Program-made: the position numbers and the translations under genes
Part shown: one piece after another, positions 53,713-64,000 of the stretch
Layout of the letters: the number at the start of each line of letters is the position of its first letter
Numbering within the stretch: position 1 is the stretch's first letter
The notes under the pieces: model-generated
The model's database searches: none
Seen by the model: the letters and a program-made list of their open reading frames with translations, nothing else
What the model was told of the DNA's origin: nothing
Assembly: GCA_025201805.1 (NCBI GenBank)
Contig: MU619365.1
Span: 28,301-92,300 of the forward strand
From: Parasitella parasitica NRRL 2501
Lineage: Eukaryota > Fungi > Mucoromycota
Direction of reading: 5' to 3'
DNA: 64,000 nucleotides

Positions 53713-56440
53713 CTAGCCAGATCCAGTGCCATACTTGCTCTTCCAGACATCTTCCATCTTTTCATCAATTTTGGTAAACAAATATTCAGCGCCACCAAGA
53801 ACATGACCTTCCTTGATATCCATAGAAAGCTCGTCAGGAATATTACGAAGAGGGGCATTCAACTGACGACACATGCTTTCAGAAGAAGCAGGGATGTAAG
53901 GGCTAAACACAGCAGACAAAAGGTAAATCAAGTTGACAGCAGTTGCGACAACCGCATCACACTTTGGACGAGATTCATCAAACAAGGCGTTACTCAAATT
54001 AGCGTCTTGAAGGTATTGATTACCACGAGCAGAGATGTTCATGGCGATACCAAGACCAGATCTGAGCTTCACAGCTTCCATGGCCTCGACATATTGTTTC
54101 AAAAGATCGTTTACATCCTTGAAAAGGTCAGTTTCCAGTTTTCCAGAGATGTCCGCCTTGGGAATAACGCCATCATACTTGGCAAAGATAAAACGAATTG
54201 CACGGTTAACAAAGTTACCGAGATTGTTTAACAATTCACTGTTGTTCTTTGTAATGAATTCGTTCCAAGTGAACATGGAATCACTAGTTTCGGGACGAAC
54301 AGACATGAGGTAATAACGCCAAACAGAAGGAGGAATACCGGTGGCTTCAGCATTGTTACCAAAGACACCAACATTACGCGACTTGGAAAATTTACCACCC
54401 TCATAATTGAGATATTCTTTAAAAACGGCGTTAGCTTACACTTATGTACAAACTGACAAAGCATACTTACCACAAGTACTGATATGGTTTACAACTGTCC
54501 ACTTTTCGCCAGTACCAATTTCACAGCCGGGGAAAATGACAGAATGGAAAGGGACGTTATCCTTACCCATGAATTGGTACAATTTGACGTGCTCGGGATT
54601 CTTCCACCACTTTTCCCATTCATCGGTATAATTGGCTGTGATGCTAGGATAACCAATAGGTGCATCAAACCAGACATAAAAGACCTTGTCCTCGTAACCT
54701 TCAAGGGGGACGGGGGTGCCCCACTTCAAATCACGGGTAATACAACGAGGTCTCAATCCTTCCTTCAACCAAGATTGAGTAATGTTGATACCGTTAGCGG
54801 ACCACTTACCATCAGCAGCAGACTTCTTGAAAGCAGCCTCAATTTCAGGCTGCAGCTTGGCCAAATCAAGGAAGAGATGGTTAGAGTCCTTGGTGATGGG
54901 TTTATTGCCATCAAGCTTACAGCGAGGATCTATGAGATCGGTAGCATTCAAAAGCTTACCGCAAGCGTCGCATTGATCACCTCGGGCATCCTCATACTTA
55001 CAATGAGGGCAAGTACCTTCAACGTAGCGATCGGCTAAGAATCTGTAGAGATGAAAATGCCCATTAGCCTCCAGGCCTTTACTTTTTTATCCTCCTCTAT
55101 GTATATTTACCTGCTGCATTTTTCACAGTATAATTGGGTCATGGTTTCCTTGAGAATACAGCCGTTTTCATAATTCTTCAAAAAGATGTCTTGAGCAATC
55201 TCTGTTTGCTTTTCAGTAGTGGTACGACCAAAGAGATCAAAAGATAAATCAAACCATTTATAAACAGCAGTATGAATAGCATTATACTTGTCGCAAAGAG
55301 CTTGGCATGAGACACCTTCCTCTAAGGCCTTGGTTTCTGTAGCGGTACCGTATTCGTCAGTGCCACAAAAGAAGGCAGTGTTATACCCACGAGCACGACA
55401 ATATCTAGCGTAAACATCAGCGCTCAACGTAGAGCCAACAATGTTACCCAAGTGAGGAACATTATTGACATAAGGGAGGGCTGAAGTAATCAAAATATTG
55501 CGCTCATTGTCCTTGGGAAGAACCCTGAAAGCTGCATTAATAACATTCATTGCGCTATACAATTTTAACACTCACTTGACGGACTGATCAAGACCCTTAG
55601 CAGCGACATCTTTGACGTTTTGAGTAGCCTTGTTGAAAACAGGCTTAGGGATCTCCTTGGCAACCTTCTTTTCGGCAAGCACGGCCTTATTCTTTGGTTT
55701 AGCACCTTTGTTTGTCTAGAAATTACGAATATTTACAAATTATGAGTCATACTGGCTATGCTATTTTTTTTTTGTGGTATTACCTGCTCCTTGACATGCT
55801 CTACACCAGCAATGAATTTTTCGTTTTTAGATACAGTGTTGAACCAAGCAGACAAAGCAGGGTATTTGTCGAGATTTTTAGTAGATGACAACGTCTCAAA
55901 AAGAGTGCCATAATAAATGACATCAACTAAACTGACATTGGATGCCTCCTATTGCGTGAAAAATAGGGCATTAATATCAAGAAATTGACATAAACTTTTG
56001 TAAAAAAGAAATACCTTGGCAAAAGCATTTGCATGCCTGTTGATAATATCTTCAGCATTTTGAAAAGCCTGATCAAGTCTTCTTTTAATGACAAGAGGAC
56101 TGACAGAGATTTCCTCTTTTTCAATAACAACAGATTGCAAAGCATTAAAAGCAGTAGCATCGAAAATGTACCTATTTCACGGTAGTTTGATCAAATCAGT
56201 CTACCTTTCTTGTATACTGCCGCGTGCTTTTTTTTCATTTTTTTTTCATTCTTACTTCAAAGCAGCGTTCGTGTCAATCAAGGAAATGTCGTTTGATACA
56301 GAAAAAAAGAGGGCTTCGCCAGGAGTCTCGACGAGCTTAGCTCCAGTAACTTGAGCAGCGATTGAAAACTTTATTGCATTGGCGTAAGGCTTCGTATTGG
56401 CTGACAACTTGGGTACAGTTATCTTAATAGCTGCAGGCAT
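53713..56440 (-). CDS. MES1: Cytosolic methionyl-tRNA synthetase with N-terminal GST-like extension
   Basis: [16 protein letters not shown] (HIGH), [44 protein letters not shown]. Confidence 0.96.
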
Positions 56441-56893
56441 CTTTCTAGACAAACTTATAAAGAAAAAGAAAAATGTAACTTTTGCGAATTGTTGTACTGT
56501 AGAAGCATCGAAATCTGTGAGTTTGAATGTCAAAAACAAGCCACTAATCGAATGTAATCTCTGTTTCTCTGGATGGCGTGCTTTCAGGTATACAGGCACA
56601 TATGTTTAACAACACTCACATAAAGCCTCGTTTATTTTGTATTAATCATATTCCAACTCTTCCAACAAAAGTGGATTATAACATCCCATGGTCTTTTAAA
56701 ACCGCATCGCATGTACCTCAAAAACCGCAATTTTTTATTCCAGTCGAATAGAATAACATCCATTCTTTTATTTGATGTGGAGGGTTTCGACCTTAACAAT
56801 AAAGCCAACCAACATAAATTCTTTACACTTTCTTTTTTTTTTTTTTTGTTTATTTTGTATTTATTTGTTGCAGGTAGTTGTATAAAAGTTCAT

Positions 56894-57291
56894 TCAAGCA
56901 GACTTGACTAATTGTGCCAAAGCATTTTCGATGTCTTGTGTTGATGCATTGTTGAGAGCCACTTTGCGTTCAATGCCTTTATCTATCATACTATGAAGTT
57001 AAACACTGATTCATCGTCGATAATATAGTCAAATGTTTACCGAAACGAGCAAAGGCACGAGCTTCAATGCCGCTGGCTTCACGAACTAGAATTGGAAGCT
57101 CAGGGTTCATCTTTTTGATATCGACGTAGTTCTTTGCTACAAAGTCACTGTAAAGAAGATTAGCTTGGATGTTTGAAATTTGAATTTAGATTTTTGACAT
57201 CTTACCGAAGTCCACTGCTAGAAGGCGATGTTTGACAGAATTGGAGACGAAGTTCCTTAAGACCTTTTAATTGTGATTTGAAAGCAGACAT
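56894..57291 (-). CDS. NDUFA2: Complex I accessory subunit NDUFA2 (CI-B8 / 10.5 kDa), 3 exons
   Basis: MSAFKSQLKGLKELRLQFCQTSPSSSGLR|DFVAKNYVDIKKMNPELPILVREASGIEARAFARF|DKGIERKVAL; not in the ORF track. Confidence 0.9.
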
Positions 57292-57846
57292 GTCAAGTTA
57301 AAGAGTGAGGGGTAAGAGTGTTGAGTGAAGAAAAAAGAAAAATAAAGCAACATTCACTCCCTGGTGTTGGGTTTTAACCAATTTGCACCACCACCATCAC
57401 AACCATCACCACATTCAATTCGACGTCATACCGTAAATATCGTTGCATGTTAAGCAAACACCATTCAATAATTTGAAAAATACAGTAATTGACCATTAGC
57501 TCTTACTCTTCGAATTGAACACACCTTACTCTACTTGAATTTCGCTAGTAGTTGGTTGCATTTCCTAAAGTCTCTGTGTATTTATAAACTTACAAGTCGA
57601 TGACCCTTCTGTCAGATTCTTTTCTTCATATTATCTGATTTACTTGAATTTTATTCTTAAGAATTTAAAAGATAAAGTATAAACAGGCAATAGTAAAAAA
57701 GAGAAAAAATATAGTTATATGATAATATAAATGAGCAAAAAGAAGTTTTTAGATGCAATTACAAAAAAAGAATAGGTCAGAAGAAACGATAATAAAGACA
57801 GACAAATATATATGAAATCTAAATAGGGGATGGAGCGTGTATCAAT

Positions 57847-59971
57847 TTAATGTCTTTTACGCTTCGACCCAGACACAGCAGATCCCTTTAGGCGAGAATT
57901 GAGCACTTTTTTCTTTTGTTCATCGGGCTTGGCCTTGTTACGGTTCTTATTCTTGACATTAGCGGTATCATAGTAATGAACGCCAACCTTTTTGCCCTTT
58001 TTATCAGCTTCAAACTCATTGTTATTCACTCGAACCTTCTTGGCGGGATGCTCTTCCTCTTCATCTTCTTCAGCGTTTTCTTCAGCTCCACTCACTTCGA
58101 GCTCGCTATCGACCTGATCTTCTTCTGCTTCCTCAATATCTTCCTCGCCTTCTATGACAGGAGCTTTGACAACAGGACCCTCCTCACCTACAACACTCTC
58201 GAAAACTTCATCCCAATCAGTGATCTCAGATTCCGTAGCATCAGACTTGGACTTCTTGGGGCTTTCCGTAGAGCCTTCAGCATATATACGAGAAGCAGCT
58301 TCTTCGGCTTTTTTGGCCTTGGCTCTGGCACGTTCTTCAGCAACTAATTGAGCATTGTTTGCCAAATCATCTTCCAAATAGTCGCTAGTAACGTTGATTT
58401 TTGCAAACATTTGTTCGACACCAATCTTTCTCTTCTTCTCTTCCTTTTGTTCAGCAGTTAAAGGCTCAACAGATTCAGGGGGAGGCACATAGAATGGGAT
58501 ACGACCACGAAGCCAGTCGTTCAAAACCATAATGGATACATTGTGGACATCAGGCTCACCCTTTTTGAGTAATTTACCAGTTTTTCTGGCGATCTGCTCC
58601 AAAAAATCGGTATGGTCTTCCCAACCTTGAAGACCATACGTTCTTCTGAGGTATTCATGCCTAACACGCTCCAAAATAGTAGGAATGGTATCTTCAGGAT
58701 TGGTCATTTTCTCAACACGAACCGAACCCTTCAAAATGATATCAACTTCTCCATCATCTACATTAGGAGGCACCACACCGGGACAATCAATGAGATAGAT
58801 ACGCTTCATCAGGGTAATGTATTGCCAGACCTTAGTCTCACCAGGAATAGGAGCAACAGGGCAGACTTTTTTGGCCTTAAGAGTATTGATGATGGAAGAC
58901 TTTCCAGTGTTAGGATAGCCAATAAAACCAACAGAAATTTGCTTCTTGTCGCTGTGCAAAGAAGAGAATTGACGCAAAAGTTGAATAAGGGACCCCTTTC
59001 CAAACGAGTTGTTGATAGAGGCATGGAATGCAAGAGTAGGGGCAGACTTGGACAAATGAGATACCCAACGAGCAGTGGACCAAGTGGGTACAAGATCACA
59101 TTTGTTGAGAACAAAGATCAATTGCTTGTGAGGCTTTTCTTTCTTGATGAAATTCTCGATATTGCGACAACGAGTGCCGATGGGATCACGGGCATCAAGA
59201 ACATGGATTATAACGTCAGAAGAGTCAATAACCTTGTACAATTCGTTCCAAATACGCTTGGATTGACCAGCTTGAAGATACCAAGCTCGGGCGGCATCCG
59301 TGTAATCAGATTCCTTATTGGCTAAAAGACTGCTATCCTTATCAGACTTGTATGTTTCTAATCAGCAACAAGTCAGTAAAATGATAATGCAGCTGGATTG
59401 ATGTGAGTTTACCATGAGTATCATCAACTCGAGTCATCAATTCTTCCATTGATCCAATGTTTAATTTGGGCTTCTTTCTTTGAGCCTTGTTGCCGAACGT
59501 ATTTTTAAAAGTATCAGTCTCAAGAATATGCATACGGCCTTGTTTGGCTGAATCCTGTAGAAGCGACATCGGTAACTTGTTTTGCTTCAATAAAACTTGG
59601 TAAGGATCATCCACCTTGGCTGCTAAAGACTCACGAAAATCTTCAAGAGCCTTTTGCCCAATCACTCGAGTGTTACCTAGCATGTCATGTAAACACATTG
59701 CTCTTGACATTCGCTAAACCAACTTACCAAACCATTTTCTATTGGGGGCAACCCGAGCGGTTTTAACTTCTGTGCTTTGAAATTCGGCAGCTTGAATAAT
59801 CCTTCCTTGAGCATTGCGAGTGGCTTTACCGCCCTTGAGCATGTTGATATACTTGATCTTCTTAGCATCTCGATAGAAATTTTCACCCTTGACTCTTAGG
59901 TTCTTTGCACGGTCATCACCTCCAGCTTTATCACGAGTGACTCTTTGCTTTTCTTTTTTATATTGACCCAT
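57847..59971 (-). CDS. NOG2: Nucleolar GTPase Nog2 (3 exons)
   Basis: [56 protein letters not shown] (circularly permuted GTPase). Confidence 0.97.
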
Positions 59972-60037
59972 TAAATATAGAAAAATAAAGAATCTTTCAA
60001 AAAATAAAGTTGGTCATTAATTGAAAGAGATTCTTTT

Positions 60038-60072
<35 letters not shown>

Positions 60073-61324
60073 CTGCTTTCCTTTCAAAAGACTGCTGCTT
60101 TGCAACTACGGTTAATTCAAAGCACTTTACAACTGGTAGTGTTGGTGTATAATGCAAAAACAAATTGCAAAACATGATCAGAGGAAAAGGTGCTGTTAGA
60201 TTCAGTTCATAGAGCTTAACCATGGTTAAATTGACAGAATTACAATTTTTTAGTTCTGGTAACATTTCAGTTGATTTCCAGTCAAAACGAGTTGATATTT
60301 ACTCAATGAAAAGCTTTGCCATTTTCTTTGGCTTTCTCAAGCCATTATTGGTGGGACTTTCAGCAGAGGTGGCTCTCAATAAATTGAAAATTAATAAAAA
60401 TTTCAAAATAAACATTTATTGATATCCATTACATTAGGAGACATTTGGAAGGTTTTATTAGTACCAAAATATATCATGACAGTGGTCAGAAATCGGTAAA
60501 AAGCCAGCTAAACTTGCTGACCGCAACTGTATCATTAAGAAGTTGCTTGTATTCACTGGGATTACAAATTTTGATTATGTATTCTATAATGAAAATTGCT
60601 AAGCTGCTTACTTTAAAGCAATCTCTTCCAACATTTGATTATCTTTAAAAATAGAAAGCTTTTTTATTTATAGCTTCATAAAGTAAAAAAACTGCTAGTG
60701 CACTCAGCTTCGTTTTTCATTTATAATGAGTAGAAGGGAAAACAGAGAAAAAAAGCATCTTTTAGGTACGGCACTAATCATTTTCAACGTAGCTTGCAGT
60801 GTCACGATGTGGATAATATAACCGATTTTGATAATTTTACAAAAAGCCATTTGATAAAATATACAAAACTGGATATCAGTGGGATGGCGACTTGCTGTTA
60901 ATGTAACAAATCTACAGAATTTTTATTAGCAGAATTATTGGTACATTTTCAAAAAAAATAATAATAATAATAATAATAACATATGTATGAGTATTATCTT
61001 TGAATTGAGATTAAGCACAAGGGATTTTACAAAAAGGAGTGTCAGCCGCTTATCGTCACTAGTGGTATATAGTGATTAATTAGTTGCGACAGTATATGTG
61101 TATATGTGTTGTGATCTGCCATAATCATAGATAGGAAATCGTGGCAATATAATACTTCAATTTGAAGATTTAATATTGTCCAATGATGTGATGTGATGTG
61201 ATACGCTTGTGCAAAACTGAAGTGCAATGGAATGGTATAGCTTAAAGCGTATAAGTGGAAAATTAAGACTCAAATGTCACGCATAGTCAATTCATGCCAT
61301 TCGAGTTCGCATAACATATATAAA

Positions 61325-62869
61325 GTGTTGTGCCAGGTCTTGAAAATGAGCACAGCAGGTGATTGTATGTGATATAAAAATATACGAATGTAATAAAGAC
61401 TTAGTTTACCAGATACAAAACAATTGATTTATTGATTGACAAAAAGCTGTCTATTTATATTAGAATAAATCAATCTAAATCAATCTATAAAATACATTTA
61501 ATTGTCAAACAAGATTATAACACAGTAGTAGTGAGAGCAAGACCTATTTTTATATTTAATCAGCTAATCATTATGAATGTGAATCATTCATCGATAAGTT
61601 GAGCTTCGCAATTTAGAATAAGTAGAACCCAAATAGATGGTTTCTTATACAAGACATTCTATTGAATACTTCTATTTACTAGATAGAATAATCGATGCCA
61701 TTTAACCTTAGATCCGATCAGGAACGGTTGCCATGACAACTGAGTTGAAATAGTGGTAACCATGGTATTCTATAGATACAACATATATAAATCAAATCGA
61801 ATTACAAATACAATTTAAGACCTTATTGATTTATCAGAATGAGAAATTATTCAAATAAAACAGTTGTGAATTAATCAGGTAAAGATCTCGTTTATGACAT
61901 GGAAAAAATGATGGTTTATATACTAGTGAATCTAAGTGGACTGATGGGAGGATAAGATACAAGTGTGAGACATGGTGTGATTTAGAGAATGGAACGATAG
62001 ATCGTATCTATTATCCATGAACATGTCATGTTGAGTTATAAATAAGGAACATGATCCATTGGGATATGTTCCTGAATTGTGTTCAGGATTGAGTTTACTT
62101 GAGTTTGACTTCCGGTTGGGAAATTGACACATCACTTATCAATGAATGTCGTGTGAAGGAAAACACTCCTGATCAAAAAGCTTTCCCTTACACAACAAAC
62201 ATTCAGAATAAGAATAATAATGACAAAGATATCAATTATGGCAGCTCGTCATTCAATGAGTTTTTCCCATCATTCTAGATAAGGATATCTTTAACACAAT
62301 AACTATAGTATGACGATAGCCATCCTAACACGGCCAACTAATGTTACGCAAATGTCCATCAATGGTGAAAGCATTCCGCATAATTTGCTTCTTGTTGTAT
62401 CCATAGAATACCATGGTTACCACTATTTCAACTCAGTTGTCATGGCAACCGTTCCTGATCGGATCTAAGGTTAAATGGCATCGATTATTCTATCTAGTAA
62501 ATAGAAGTATTCAATAGAATGTCTTGTATAAGAAACCATCTATTTGGGTTCTACTTATTCTAAATTGCGAAGCTCAACTTATCGATGAATGATTCACATT
62601 CATAACGATTAGCTGATTAAATATAGAAATAGGTCTTGCTCTGACTACTACTGTGTTATAATCTTGTTTGACAATTAAATGTCAAACATGACCTGATTGT
62701 ATTTTATAGATTGATTTAGATAGATTTATTCCAATATAAATAGACAGCTTCTTGTCAATCAATAAATCAATAGTTTTGTATCTGGTAAACGAAGTCTTTA
62801 TTACATTCTTATATTTTTATATCATATACAATCACCTGCTGTGCTCAATTTCAAGACCTGGCACAACAC
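61325..62869. repeat. Long inverted repeat: arms 61325-61783 and 62393-62869 with a ~609-bp spacer
   Basis: Arms are near-identical reverse complements (e.g. CCGATCAGGAACGGTTGCCATGACAACTGAG / CTCAGTTGTCATGGCAACCGTTCCTGATCGG); the right arm has an ~18-nt insertion. Confidence 0.95.
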
Positions 62870-63398
62870 ATTGCACCTGATAAAATAGTCTACAATGCTA
62901 ACTGAGCGCTGATTAATTGGTGCAGATATCTGAGCTAGAAGATAAGCTCTAAGATTATTTGTTAGCTGCAAAAAATATCAAATTGTATTCGGAATCTCTA
63001 ATACGATCCAAAACAACAAGCTATGGTGGTAAGAAAAAATAAAAATAAAAATAATACGTCAATTTGGCAGAAGTAATATATTTTTTTTAAGTTTTTGCCT
63101 GAAATCAACTTGGTTTCTTGGTTTAGTGGTATAATTCTCGCTTCGGATGCGAGAGGTCCCGGGTTCGATTCCCGGAGAAGCCCTTTTCTATTTCTTACTT
63201 GTAGATGTAGTGTATGTAGCACATAGCGATCATTATAAGCAGTTGTATATTTCCTTACTGATTTATTAGAATGAGAAATTACTCAAATGAAACGGTTGTG
63301 AATTAATCAGGTGAAGATATCGTTTATTACATGGAAAAAATGATTGTTTATATACTAGTGAATCTAAGTGGATTGATGGGAGGATAAGATACAAGTGT
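61821..63398 (+). repeat. ~146-bp direct repeat, copies at 61821-61966 and 63253-63398
   Basis: Both copies read ...GTTGTGAATTAATCAGGT...ACATGGAAAAAATGAT.GTTTATATACTAGTGAATCTAAGTGGA.TGATGGGAGGATAAGATACAAGTGT. Confidence 0.93.
63112..63183 (+). tRNA. tRNA-Pro, anticodon CGG
   Basis: Cloverleaf: acceptor GGTTTCT/AGAAGCC plus discriminator C; A box TGGTTTAGTGG; anticodon stem CTCGC/GCGAG with loop TTCGGAT; B box GGTTCGATTCC; TTTT terminator at 63184. Confidence 0.93.
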
Positions 63399-64000
63399 TG
63401 TTTAGAATAACAAAATATAGACAGCGCAGACTAGAGAAAATACAGTTAGAAATGAATATATTTATTTTGCTATTCCAAGATTGAATGAAGATTTAAACTA
63501 GTGTATATTTTGAAGGTATTTATAGTTATTTGACAGTGTGTTTTAATATACGAAATAGATATACAATTAAAACTGGATATATTTATTCGTATATAAAAAA
63601 TAAGATGATTCTTCTCTACACAACATTTGCCTAGACTATTTATACTTTTCGAGTGCTGACATCGGTTGCATGCTTGTGGAATCGAGGCTTAATAATAAAC
63701 TTGCACCAGATAGAACCAATTACTAGCCATGTGCTGCTAGTACAAGTAAGCGTAAACCAGTTATTACCAGAAAGAGACAGGAACACCATGGCGAAATTTT
63801 GGGATAAATTTTAAATAGTAGAGATAAAATTTAGCTCTACAGCTTGAGTGATCGCCACTGTTAAAATTAAGCTGGTGAAAATCAATTTTTATCGCAAAGC
63901 AAAGAATATTTTGACTTTTCTTTACAAACACCCTGAATTTTGATTTTTTTTTAAAAGATTTCTGATCTGCCATAATTATAGACAGAAGATCATGACAATG

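Overview
This is intron-rich, AT-rich fungal genomic DNA. Short (~55-65 nt) GT-AG introns and the gene content are consistent with a Mucorales/Mucoromycota species, which is my inference. About 24 protein-coding genes can be reconstructed by hand-splicing, including BLOC1S4/CNL1, RPL37 and NDUFA2, which the ORF track misses. They include C2H2 transcription factors, mitochondrial phosphate carrier MIR1, ATG101, FPGS, ATP3, DBR1, BORCS5, FMT1, an MKK-type MAP2K, an HMT1-like ABC half-transporter, MetRS and NOG2. The window also holds an RGS pseudogene, tRNA-Pro(CGG), decayed Tc1/Helitron transposon remnants and a ~460-bp inverted duplication. The most notable observations are: (1) MIR1 appears to need a single-nucleotide exon (G at 5627) between two canonical introns; (2) two convergent genes end on the same palindromic TTATAA, read as Leu-stop on both strands; (3) an intact ABC half-transporter has systematically degenerate ATPase motifs; (4) FMT1 starts 31 nt after the upstream stop codon; (5) the tRNA-Pro has A37 instead of G37. 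All splice models were read from sequence by eye and need RNA-seq confirmation.
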